DNA from: Octopus sinensis
Taxonomy: Eukaryota
Assembly: GCF_006345805.1 (NCBI RefSeq)
Contig: NC_042997.1
Location: 61,256,001 to 61,320,000, forward strand
DNA length: 64,000 nt
Reading direction: 5' to 3'
In this document: positions 53,031 to 64,000 of the stretch, in pieces
Position numbering within the stretch: the stretch's first letter is position 1
How the letters are laid out: every line of letters begins with the position of its first letter
Position numbers and translations under genes: made by a program
Notes under the pieces: model-generated
Told to the model about the DNA's origin: nothing
Database searches by the model: none
Seen by the model: the letters and a program-made list of their open reading frames with translations, nothing else

Positions 53031-56000
53031 ATAACATTAGTAGTAGCACAGGTAGTAGTGGTGGTGGTGGTGGTGGTGGTGGTGGTAGTAGTAGTAATAG
53101 TAGTAAGGATGGTGTTAGTAGTTGTAGTAGTTGTAGTAAGAGTAACAAAAGGAATATGAATGTGTTTATTCTTCCAATGTGATATCGGTGTTTTTTATTT
53201 TTTTCATCTACTCCAGCCACATGTGACCAGGCTTACTTAAGAAGTATCATCGAATCATAACTAGGTCACTGCTGGATATGGAACAGTTGTTGGTGTTGCA
53301 TACTGAATCGAATCAAAAGTTATGTCACAATGCATTTTGATATTTGTAAAAAGCAACACATCAACTTGTTTGTCTATTTTTTTCCCCCCAAAGCCTAGTT
53401 TCACTTTTAAAATGATATCAAGTTAGTAGTTTTTTCTTACCTATGTATTTGTTCTCTCTCTCTCTCTCTCCCTCCACCCCACATTTCTGTTTTGGAGAGG
53501 TACATGTAAAAGGTACAAAATGTGGAAACATTACGAAAAATACCTTATTTTTAATGTGTTCTTTATGCTTGTTCAAAGTAATCAATGATTTTTAGCAGGG
53601 GTTGGAAAACAACAGCTGGTGACATTTTTTAGGAATTAATGTATAATAAAATATTTGAAATATACGTAAATGCTGTATCATTATCATACTATACAACAAG
53701 ACATATTAATGTATTTGCATGTTATAAGAAAAAAAACAAAATGACAATAATATATAATTGCATTTTTCTCCTTTTTTTTGCTTTTGTTGTAATGAGTTCA
53801 ATATTTAAATCCTTTTTATTTGTCTTCTTTAATAAAATAATGTGATTTATGAAAAATGTCATGTCACTTAGTCATTTGATCAACAATACATACATACACA
53901 CGTGTGCATACATATGTGTGTGTGTGTGTGTCTGTGTGAGGATATTATGTACAGGTAGATAGATAGATGGATAGATGTTCAATAAAATATACAACAGCTG
54001 ATTGTATAGACCTAACTAATGTTCACTACTGCTGCAATATCAATTTATCTCTACACGTGTTTATGTATATTTTTTTTGTTTTATTTTATCTTTATTCATT
54101 TATTTACTTCTCTTCGGTTGCAATGGATAGTAGAAAACACTACAAAAATATAAATTTAAAATGTTCACGTTTTGCATGCGGGGGTTAAAAACAGTGGAAA
54201 TTTGGGGAGTTAATTGTTAAAATATTGAATTATGTGAGCCATGCTATCTGTTTACCAATTCATCGCTTTTAATTACTATTCCAATATATGAGAGATTACA
54301 TTAGGTATTTGTGACAATTTCTCTGCTTCATATACAAGAATCTGTTAGTTGATTCCAGTGAAATATCTTAGCCTGTTAAAGGGATAGCAGTAGCTCTTGT
54401 TATTTGTTGCAAATAAGTGTGTATTGCTGCAATATTCCCCGTTACTTGTTGCCTCATAAACATTGAGTGATGAGGACTTGTATTTTATTTTCTCTGAGAA
54501 ATTATCAGGTGATGAGCGAATAAATCTAAAAATTTATTAGGAATTTATTACTAAGGCATGTATATGACAGTTGTACATATTTCCCCGAAAGCTTATAGTT
54601 TGATTACTTTTCATGGGGAAAAAGGAATGATTTACTTTTAAACTTCAATTATGTAAGAGATTTTTTTTTTGTGATGTTATTTTTTTTCTTGTTTTTACTA
54701 CAAGTATATTTTCAGTGTGTAATGGTTTGGTTGTTTCACATAAAATTATTCATTAAGTTGTTTTGTGTTTCTGTTATTTTTATATATGATTCAAGTAGAT
54801 CTCTGTTTGAACAAAAAAAAAAAAAGGCCAGACAAAAAGAAAAGAGCCAAAATACCACCTCTAAACATTTAAGAATTTTCTAAGTTATACAATTCAAATA
54901 TATCAGTTTCTAAAGAAAGAAAATAAAATCAAAACAACAAATAATAAACAGAAATACAAAAAGAAAGCTTTGATGCAAAATAAAAAGAAAACTTGCTGCA
55001 TTATGTGTACAGGTGTGTGTGTGTATTACATGAATGAATGAAATTGTAAATGTGGAGAAATGTGTTTGTGTGTGTGTATACATATAAGAATATATATGTG
55101 TGTGTATGAGTGTTAGTATGTATACATACAACATACATATGTGTGTGTGTGTATAATATATATATATATATATATATATAATACATACACACATGCACAC
55201 ATACACACACACATCTCTATATACAATGCAACTATATAGATAGGCAACACTAAATTGATTTTTGCTTCTCTGAAGCATCTGTGCTGTATATATCTTTCAA
55301 CTGAATTGCTTTCTTCTCTCTATTAAACTAGTCTTCTAAACCAACTGTGAAATGCATGCTTTCTATAAACAAAAGAATTAGATATCTAACCTGTGCTGAA
55401 ATCCAGACCTATTCTGAGGAAATGTAAACATTATCTCATCCTTTTCTTCCTCCATTTTGGAAGTATTCTTCGACAGCAATTCTTCATCCATGATTCCGAT
55501 TTGAATGTGAAATAGCGTAAATTTAGCCTTGATAGATTTCCACTGAAGCTTTCTCTACATTACCGATTGGTTACAGTTTGTTATTGTAGTTGTATGAGAG
55601 GCAGCTGAACTGGTATGTCTACATTTCTATTCAACCATTGGTTAATTTCAAATATGTAACTGCTTGAGTAAATTTTTTAACTTTCTTTCCTAGAGATGTA
55701 CAATTTCTAAGCTCATCCTTTGATATTTATGCTAGCTGCAATTTCATGGAAACTGTCCTATTTCATCATCATCATTATGATCAGTGTGTTTGTCATAAGG
55801 AGATTTCTCATGTCCACATCTATAACATATCTTTTATAAATATAGGCAAATTAGTCAATAAATTTTACACTCCTCTCAAAATAATGCTTCACAGATATAT
55901 TCCTTTCAAAATTAAATTACTGATAGTATGTACATACATGCATATATATAATATATAATGGATATATGCTCTTTGTTATTTATTTTTAATACCTGCATTT

Positions 56001-56429
56001 ATGTATTTAAAAAAGGAATAAATTTTAAATTCTTGTTGAAGAAATGCTAACCCTGATTTGCTTCCAGTCTATAGAACTTACAATAATGTATGTAGCACTA
56101 GAAGTCTCTTATCACCGGCAAACTCTCAGCATTAACTGGTTACATCAACTGAATGCATACATTTAGATACACATGCACATTCACACAGGCAATACATATG
56201 GGGTATGAAAGTATGCATATATATATATATATATGTATTTATGTATTTATGTATTATAGGTAGTAGGGAGCCTATGTGATGTGTGAATTTTTTATTGGCT
56301 AGTTAGAGGAGCAAGACTGCTCATGGCTTTTTTTTTTAATCCCAGGGCCTCTGGAGTTGGCAGGGAGGAAGTTATCCTCAGACCAAAGACCTGGCCCATT
56401 TACTTGCAGAGTAGTGTGGTCTCTGCTAA

Positions 56430-56755
56430 AAGTACTCAATAACCATATAGTGATGTTGGTGTTAAACTGGATGACAGATTGTGATGCCACATCTTATGGA
56501 AATATTAGCACTGAAAATGGGAGATTTGCATAGATATGATGAGAACATGGTTCAGTATGATCGTTTAAATGTGGAAGGATAAACTGTATGAAAAAGTGTA
56601 AAAGTTAGTATGAAAGAACTATTGGTGTAATGCATTCTAGGCAATATATATATAGGCGAGATGGCTGCAATGTGATATGAATGAATGATGAGAATTGTGA
56701 GGGACAAAAATAAGATGTACTGACAATGGAAGGTTTGCACAGAAGAGGAAGGCCA
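56430..56755 (+). mobile_element. Decayed RTE-like LINE C-terminal fragment
   Basis: Translation MNDENC...MEGLHRRGRP resembles the RTE C-terminal RMNED...GRGRP motif. Confidence 0.45.
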
Positions 56756-57589
56756 AATTTGATAGGGGGAAAATTTTGGTTTCAGATTTTGTCACAAGAC
56801 CAGCAGTTTTGGGAAATGGGTTAAGTTGATTAAATCAATCAACAAGTATTTATTTTACCAACCCTGCCAGAACAAAAAGCAAAGTTGATCTCAGCAGAAT
56901 TTGAATTCAGAATGTAGAGACAAACAAAATGCCACTAAACATTTTGCCCAGCTTACTAATGGTTCTGTGAGCTTGCCTCCTTAATATTGGGAAAATATTG
57001 AGATCAGATCTTAAGATGCAGGACCTCAAAAATAATGATAATGACAGAAGATTAAGATAGTGGATATATACTGCAATGTATTTTACTGCAGATCTTGACA
57101 GCCTGGAGAAATACAAACAAATGATTAAATACTGACATATATATATATATACTATATACATAGCTATCTATGTATCATACTTAATGTATATACACCACTG
57201 AAAGGCCAGTTACTATGGTATTCTTCCCATGATAACATCACTTATGGCTGTACTGTGTTAAAAACAGAGCAAATATTGGAATGAGATGAAAAATTCCTCC
57301 AGCAGTGGCCAGTGAGAATACCTGATGCATTTCATCCTTTTTGAGTCTTTTCAGTGGTGTGTACTCACAGCCAGTCACATGCTTGAATGAGAATTCATTG
57401 CCTCCAATATAGGAAACAATAAATAAAACATTTATTAATGTTGCAAATGGCTGAATTAAAATCTGGTATATGATCTTGAAGCAGTATTGAATTAAAATAG
57501 CCATCCTTGTATCATACTTAATGTATATACACTGTTGATAAGTAAGTTACAGCAGTAACTCTCTTTCCTACTTACTAAAGCCTTAGTCT

Positions 57590-59050
57590 TTGTTAAGTTT
57601 ACTTTAAGGTCTCTTGATATTAAGTTTAACTTCCATACTTGGAATTTCCTCTCTAATTCTCTTATAGATGGAGATATGGGAACTAGAGCATCAGCATATA
57701 GGAGTTCTCTTAGACCTCCAGTCTTAAACTCGTCTGTGATGGCCCTTAAGACTATGATGACTAGGTGAGAACTGAGGACTGACCTTTAATGAACTCTAAT
57801 CTTCATGTTACATTCACCAATGAAATAGTTGCTAGCTCTCACTTTGCTTACCACATCTTTATACAGCCCTCACATTTAGTTTCCTCAGTGCTATCTTGTC
57901 AAATGCTTTCATCAAGTCAATGAAAGCAGGAAATAGTAGGTTATTCTTAGCCAAGTTATTTCTCCTGCCAAGAAAATTGCATTTTAATGTCTCTTCTAGA
58001 CATGGAACCAAACTGCATCCCAACTAGGTCTGTTCTGTCATAAATGAATTGTGCCATGACTTTTCAGTGACATTCAAACCCTAATCTGGTGGTTTGATTA
58101 TTCCACAGTTGCTTCTCTCCAAGGCATCTCCTTTGCCTTTGTGGGAGTATATGATGATACTGCTATGCCTAGTTTGACACCTTCCTGTATTATTTGATTG
58201 AGTATCTAGCTACTGATCAAGTACACAGATATTCTGATTATCTCCATGCCTATCGCTGAGAGATCCAGAGCTTTCCCTCTTTTCATGTCCTTAATCACTT
58301 TATCTACTACATTGCTGTCAACTTGAATTGCTAATCCCTCCCTAGCATTAGTATGAGGTAACCCCTCTTTATCTCATGCTTTCTTCACGTTTAGCAGCCT
58401 CTCGTAATAGCACTTTCATGCTACTTTCTTGGCAAGTATACATTCAATATTCAATATTCCAAATACATATCTTGTCAATGATGTTTTGGTTCTTTCTTAC
58501 TGTCTCACAATCCTGAACAATTCATGCCTCTGGTCCTCATGTAGAACATGTGAAAATCTCTTTTTTTTTATCTCACCCTCAGCCAAATTTAACTGTCATT
58601 TAGCTTCTCTTCAAGCAATTCAATAATGCTCCCTACTACCACTTTCCTTCCAGGTTTTCCAATCTTGTTTCTTAGCCTTTACTGCTCTATCAACAGTGTT
58701 ATGTCACTGCTATGTTATCTTTAGTTTGGTTGGGATTTTACCCCAGCTGCATGTCTAATTTGTAACCCTAAACTGGTTATTTCATGGAAATTTCTAGTTG
58801 TCATCTATGTTGCAGATATCAAAATCTTTCTCCTTACAGTCAGCTGCATCAACTAAAATTTCTCGAAACCTATTCTTGGCAGCAATATCTTTTAATTTCC
58901 ATATCTGCTTTTCTGTACTGTCTTCTGCTTCTGTTTCTGACTGAAGTTCTGAGATGCAACTGCTCTAACTATTTGCAACACACACTTTGAGAAACTAGCC
59001 AATGATGTAGCTTTAACAAAGGCCAGCTTAAAGTAGGCAATTATGGTCAA
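57590..59050 (-). mobile_element. RTE-clade LINE fragment (RT region), decayed
   Basis: Minus translation: WKLKD..NRFREIL, NTVDRAVKAKKQDWKTWK, KGKGDALERSN, MQFG, LAKNNLLFPAFIDLMKAFDK, RELLYADAL; many stops and frameshifts. Confidence 0.85.
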
Positions 59051-59358
59051 GTTGGCAACTTCACTGATTGTAGGGTATGGAAAGGGCACACAGTACACTC
59101 TGTAAAGTGGTTGGCATTAGGAAAGGTATCCAGCTGTAGAAACCATGCTAAAGTAGACACTGGAGCACAATGCAGTCCTTTAGTGAAATGGATGATGATG
59201 ATGATATATACATATATTATTATTTTTATGAATTATATGCTATTATTTTTACATGGAAAATGTCAACAATTCAAAATTCATTTTGGTTTAGCACTTCATA
59301 AGACTGTAGATAACTTTAGATGTCAAACTTTTCTAATACACACACACACACACACACA

Positions 59359-59513
59359 TGTGGTAAGTAGCTTGCTTATGAACCACATGGTTCCGGGTTC
59401 AGTCCCACTGTGTAGCACCTTGGGCAAGTGTCTTCTACTTTAGTCTTGGGCCGACCAAAGCCTTGTGAGGGGATTTGGTAGACGGAAACTGAAAGGAGCT
59501 CGTCATATATATG

Positions 59514-59566
<53 letters not shown>

Positions 59567-59772
59567 ATGTGTTTGTGTGTCTGTGTTTGTCACCCCAACA
59601 TCGCTTGACAACTGGTGCTGGTGTGTTTACATCCCCGTAACTTAGCGGTTCTGCAAAAGAAATCGATAAAATAAGTACTAGGCTTACAAAGAATAAGTCC
59701 TGGGGTCGATTTGCTCAATTAAAGGTGGTGCTCCAGCATGGCCACAGTCATATGACTGAAACAAGTAAAAGA
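59359..59772 (+). mobile_element. Composite CORE-type SINE (family B) with internal (TA)n/(TG)n
   Basis: TGTGGTAAGTAGC head, GGTTCAGTCCC box B-like, ACCTTGGGCAAGTGTC CORE-like motif, microsatellite, second module ending GACTGAAACAAGTAAAAG. Confidence 0.9.
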
Positions 59773-59776
59773 TATA

Positions 59777-60160
59777 TGGAAGCACTCCATCGGTTCCGAC
59801 GACGCGGGTTCTGGTTGATTTGATCAACGGAACAGCCTGCTCGTGAAATTAACATGTAAGTGGCTGAGCACTCCACAGACACGTGTACCCTTAACGTAGT
59901 TCTCGGGGATATTCAGCGTGACACAGAGAGTGACAAGGCCGGCCCTTTGAAATACAGGTACAACAGAAACAGGAAGTAAGAGTGAGAGAAAGTTGTGGTA
60001 AAATAGTACAGCAGGGATCACCACCATCCCCTGCCGGAGCCTCATGGTGCTTTAGGTGTTTTCGGTCAATAAACACTCACAACGCCTGGTCTGGGAATCG
60101 AAACCGCGATCCTACAACCGCGAGTCTGCTGCCCTAACCACTGGGTTATTGCACCTCCAC
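59777..60160 (-). mobile_element. tRNA-derived SINE family C, young-looking full-length copy
   Basis: Minus strand: box A-like TAACCCAGTGG, box B GGTTTCGATTCCC, CpG still abundant, conserved 3' domain shared with the 22945 and 23865 copies. Confidence 0.88.
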
Positions 60161-60199
<39 letters not shown>

Positions 60200-62734
60200 G
60201 GCTGATAGTTATTGAATGATCCTTCAACAAGTTAATGTTTTAGGTATAACTATTCCAAACAGCAACCATTAATATATCTATGTGTATCTGCCTGTCTGTC
60301 AGTCTGTCTGTGCACATGCACATGTGTATGTATTTACATATAAAGGCTTGTGAGACTGTTAAACAGATAGTTTTACATCTTGCTACAAGCAGGAAGTATA
60401 TTGAATGATTGGTAAATATTTTGTTACTTTGCAATGTTGGATTCAATTCTTATCATGGGAAATAACTGCAATAAACTGATGTGCCACTCTACTGACCTGA
60501 TTAAACACACACACACACACACACAAATGTGATAGAACTTTACATACTACTATTTTATCCAGTAGTGAGGTTCTGGGGGTGATTAATGAAAATCAATGTA
60601 CAAAAATCATTAGAAAGAGTCATTTTTCATATGGTGGGTATAAAATAAATAAATTTAATCTACATATATTATTTGCTTCGTTTTTGGAACACTGGATCTT
60701 AACTAGATAAGTTATAAATAATAGTGTATTCACTTAAAAAACCTTTTAGATAGGCTCTGTATTAAAGTTGGATTGCAGGTGAGCAGTAAAGAAAACTATT
60801 TGTATAGGTGTGAATTTGAATAAAAAAAGTGCTGTATGTTGATGTTCGAGAACACTCAAGGAATAGGAGAATCAAATAAGTTGTAAATAGTGATCAGATA
60901 GAACATTTAGCCCCATGTCAGATGAGAAAAGACCTCATATGATATGTTGTACTGCCATCCAGCATATACTTACAAAGAAAAATAACCATTCAAATGTTGA
61001 TGATTATGATGAGTTTTTTTTTTCATTAATAACTGCAATCAAAGGATTGACATATGACTCATAGGCCAGAGTTTAAAATTCACTTATTTACATTTTACTA
61101 ACTTCACATATAGCACATTGATTACTTTTTCAATTTTATATTTTACTTGCTCCTGTAAATCTAGACTGAAAATAATTAGTATCAGTTTAGTTCATTTTGT
61201 CTCAAAGCAAGACACATAACTCTGTTATTTCACCATCTGGAAACAGGCATCATCTGCTTGCAACCTAAATATCATACGCTGACTCTCTGAACAGAAAACC
61301 TTCAGATTATACTACATTGAAGGCATGGTAATTGTTTCTTCAACAGTACAAATATTCAGTCGTGCATACCAAAGAAAGTGTTTTATACCTCATGGATCTA
61401 GTTATGCATAATACACAGTAAAAACCCTCAAAAGTCTTTACACATACTTGTACTTACAATCTCCAAGGACCTCTCATAGTAAATCCACATATATACAGCT
61501 GTCAAAATTTCATCACAGACTAGAATTCCTCTTTACAGTCAGGAAACACTCAGGCCTCAGTCAATTGCATACCATTTACAATGCTGTAAGAACTACTTTG
61601 CACTAACATTCAAGACCAAATCTAGGAGAAATACATTCAGCTAATGAGAAATGCTTCAATTACCAATGTACTTAAATGACTAACTCACAAATGTTCTGTT
61701 TATTCTTGAATTCAATAAAAAAGGTACAATGTTGCAAAGTATGGCACTCATCTCTTAGATTGAAAAATGGAATTATTGTGTGGACTATCATTCCTTAGTT
61801 GTCTAGCTAACTTTTTCTGTGATGTTTAGGAGGGTTGAGAATTAAAATCATCTGTGGTGAGTAAATGGTAAATTACAAGAGTTCTGTTTATGAATGATAT
61901 GAGGAATTGATTGTTTTTAGAATTACGATAGGTTGTGGTAAAATGGAAGTAAAACAAAGTAGATTGCAGAATGCTAGGCAATTCGTTATTGCATGTTTGC
62001 CCAAATCCAATCTAATAGTATCTTGTGACGTTCATGTTCATGACTTTGTCAATGCCATCACATGCTATTGTTATTGTCATTATCATTATTGTCATTATCA
62101 TTGTCACCTTCATCTTGGTAAGAATATATTTTTCTTGATCATAATTTTAAATGTTAAACATAATTGTAATGAATCAGTTAAACATGTCAAGATGTAAGAT
62201 TATTAACAATATCATACTTTCTATTTTGTGGTCAGTAGTAATTGGTATAAATGATTAAATTTAGATGGAGAAAACTGTATTTGGTAATAAAATTAACTTA
62301 GGTGTAAGACTATATTTTTCTTTATATACCTCTGAATATACTATGTTAAAAAAGAGAAGTATTTTGTTGGAATATCTTATGTTCTGCCATAAAAAAATAT
62401 TGTTTTGCCATAAAATGAATATTGCATTGTCTTCACTATATTTATAAAAAAATGTCTGGAGAGAAATTATTGGATGGACCAAGAATGTGAATCTGAAAGC
62501 ATCGTTGTCAGTGTATGAAAGTTGATAATGAGTCAAACCTTAAAGTGAGGTACAATAGCCATAAATGTAAAGAACTGACCCACTAAAAACAAATTTTACT
62601 ACAACAACCACGATGTATAAGTGAAATATATGTTTCAGTGTCTTGCTTCTCATCTCATTCTATCATCATTGGGCATACAACAAATGTATACACACATGAA
62701 CATACATGCACACACACACACACACACACAGGTT

Positions 62735-62940
62735 GCATTACTTTCAGTTTCCTATTTCTTTATTGCCCACAAGGGGCTAGAAAAGACCTCTTGATCAGAC
62801 GGGGCCCCAGGACGATGGGATCCCAGAGCCGCAATGTGCATTCGAGGTGTCGATGTTTACTGAGTCCTGCAATTTGCATCAGTTCATGCAGATAGCCGCG
62901 CTCTTCTTTGACAGACGAGCCAAGTGATCCCCCGTCCAGT
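62735..62940 (-). mobile_element. Probable 3' fragment of a non-LTR retrotransposon
   Basis: GC-rich island ending CTAGCCCCTTGTGGGCAATAAAGAAATAGGAAA, a polyA-signal-like retroelement tail; family assignment uncertain. Confidence 0.4.
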
Positions 62941-63299
62941 TTCCATCTACCAAATGCACCCAAAAGGCTTTGATCAGCCTAGGGACAAGAAGCTACTTGC
63001 CTAAGGTGTCACATAGGGCCTGAACTTGAAACCATTTGATTGGGAAGTAAAACTTCTTATAGGTCTCATTCATTTAATTAGATGAATATATTGAATTAGA
63101 ATATGTCAGCAATATTTATTAAATGCAAACTGGAATGGAAAATTGTTTATATCTAACAGCATAGGTTTTGGTACCAGTCCAGGTTCTTTGCAATCAGTTA
63201 TAGTTGTTGTTACAAATATCATCTTAATGAAATTGTTGGTTCTTGCCATGATTTATGTTTTATTATTTCTTTTGTGTGTGCATGTATGTATGTCAGTAT

Positions 63300-63359
63300 T
63301 ATCTATATATGTATGTATGTATTTATTGATGTATATATGTGTGTGTGTATGTATGTATA

Positions 63360-63427
<68 letters not shown>

Positions 63428-63915
63428 TCAAAATGTTACCACATGTGAATTGCTGATGATTTTCTTCCTCCGTCTTCCTTTCTATTGGACTTTCATCTGT
63501 TTCTGAAGAAGAGTGTTGCTCAAAACATTAAATCATCTTTCTTTCCTTCCTTGAGCATTTGCTAATACTTTACATGTGCCATGTACTCGCGTTGTTGATT
63601 TTTTTGTGTTTGTTGTTCTTTTTTAGGATTTACTATATATATATATATATATATATGCATGTATATATATATATATATGTATATGTATGTATACATATGT
63701 ATGTACATCTATATATATATATATAGTGTGTGTGTGTATGTATACATATGTATGTGTAAGTGTGTATATATATGTGTGTGTATATATATGCATGTGTATA
63801 TATACATATATGTGTTTATGTATATGTGTGTGTATATATATATATATGTATGTGTGTGTGTATGTGTGTATATATATGTCTAGATATATATGTGTGTATG
63901 TGTGTGTGTATGTAA
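63300..63915. repeat. Compound (TA)n/(TG)n microsatellite tracts
   Basis: Direct dinucleotide runs at 63300-63430 and 63635-63915. Confidence 0.93.
63499..63533 (+). ncRNA. Decayed minimal hammerhead-like motif in a TA-flanked pLTR-like segment
   Basis: GTTT-CTGAAGA-AGAGTGTTGCTC-AAAACAT-TAAAT; reversing two CpG>CpA changes gives CTCGAAACGT. Confidence 0.5.
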
Positions 63916-64000
63916 TAACTGCTTATTAGTAATGCTTTAGCTGTGTGAAATCATAAAATACACACATACATGCACTATCTTGATTTACAAGGTATCAGTC

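Noticed and set aside
55349-55425. Plus-strand exon-like open frame SSKPTVKCMLSINKRIRYLTCAEIQTYSEE overlapping the minus candidate first exon
   Set aside because: Equally plausible by chance; it shows how weak exon calls are here without transcript data.
59777-60160. Possible tRNA gene at the SINE head (also 6405)
   Set aside because: Box A/B present but no complete cloverleaf, and it continues into a repeated SINE body.
61200-61620. Faint resemblance to an R4/Dong-like LINE (HHRLEF...GLSQL)
   Set aside because: Too decayed to support without an HMM search.

Overview
This is AT-rich, repeat-dense eukaryotic DNA, intronic or intergenic in character. The SINE families and repeat landscape look like those I recall from octopus (cephalopod) genomes, but that is an inference. 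Almost all entries in the ORF track are microsatellite or chance ORFs. The only coding relics I can recognise are transposon proteins: a Tc1 transposase, a mariner transposase, a Penelope-like RT plus GIY-YIG endonuclease, and CR1 and RTE reverse transcriptases. The window also holds dozens of tRNA-derived SINEs, hAT-, piggyBac- and mariner-type MITEs with visible TSDs, a DINE/HINE-like element nested in the Penelope copy, and a 1.4 kb purine-only minisatellite. The most interesting signal is a set of minimal type I hammerhead-ribozyme motifs. Two palindromic elements (984-1470 and 5483-5626) carry a divergent hammerhead in each arm, one with a complete catalytic core (5506-5548, minus). Three more decayed motifs lie elsewhere. 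No host gene could be identified; possible exon chains on both strands are given only as low-confidence findings. Boundaries of degraded repeats are approximate.
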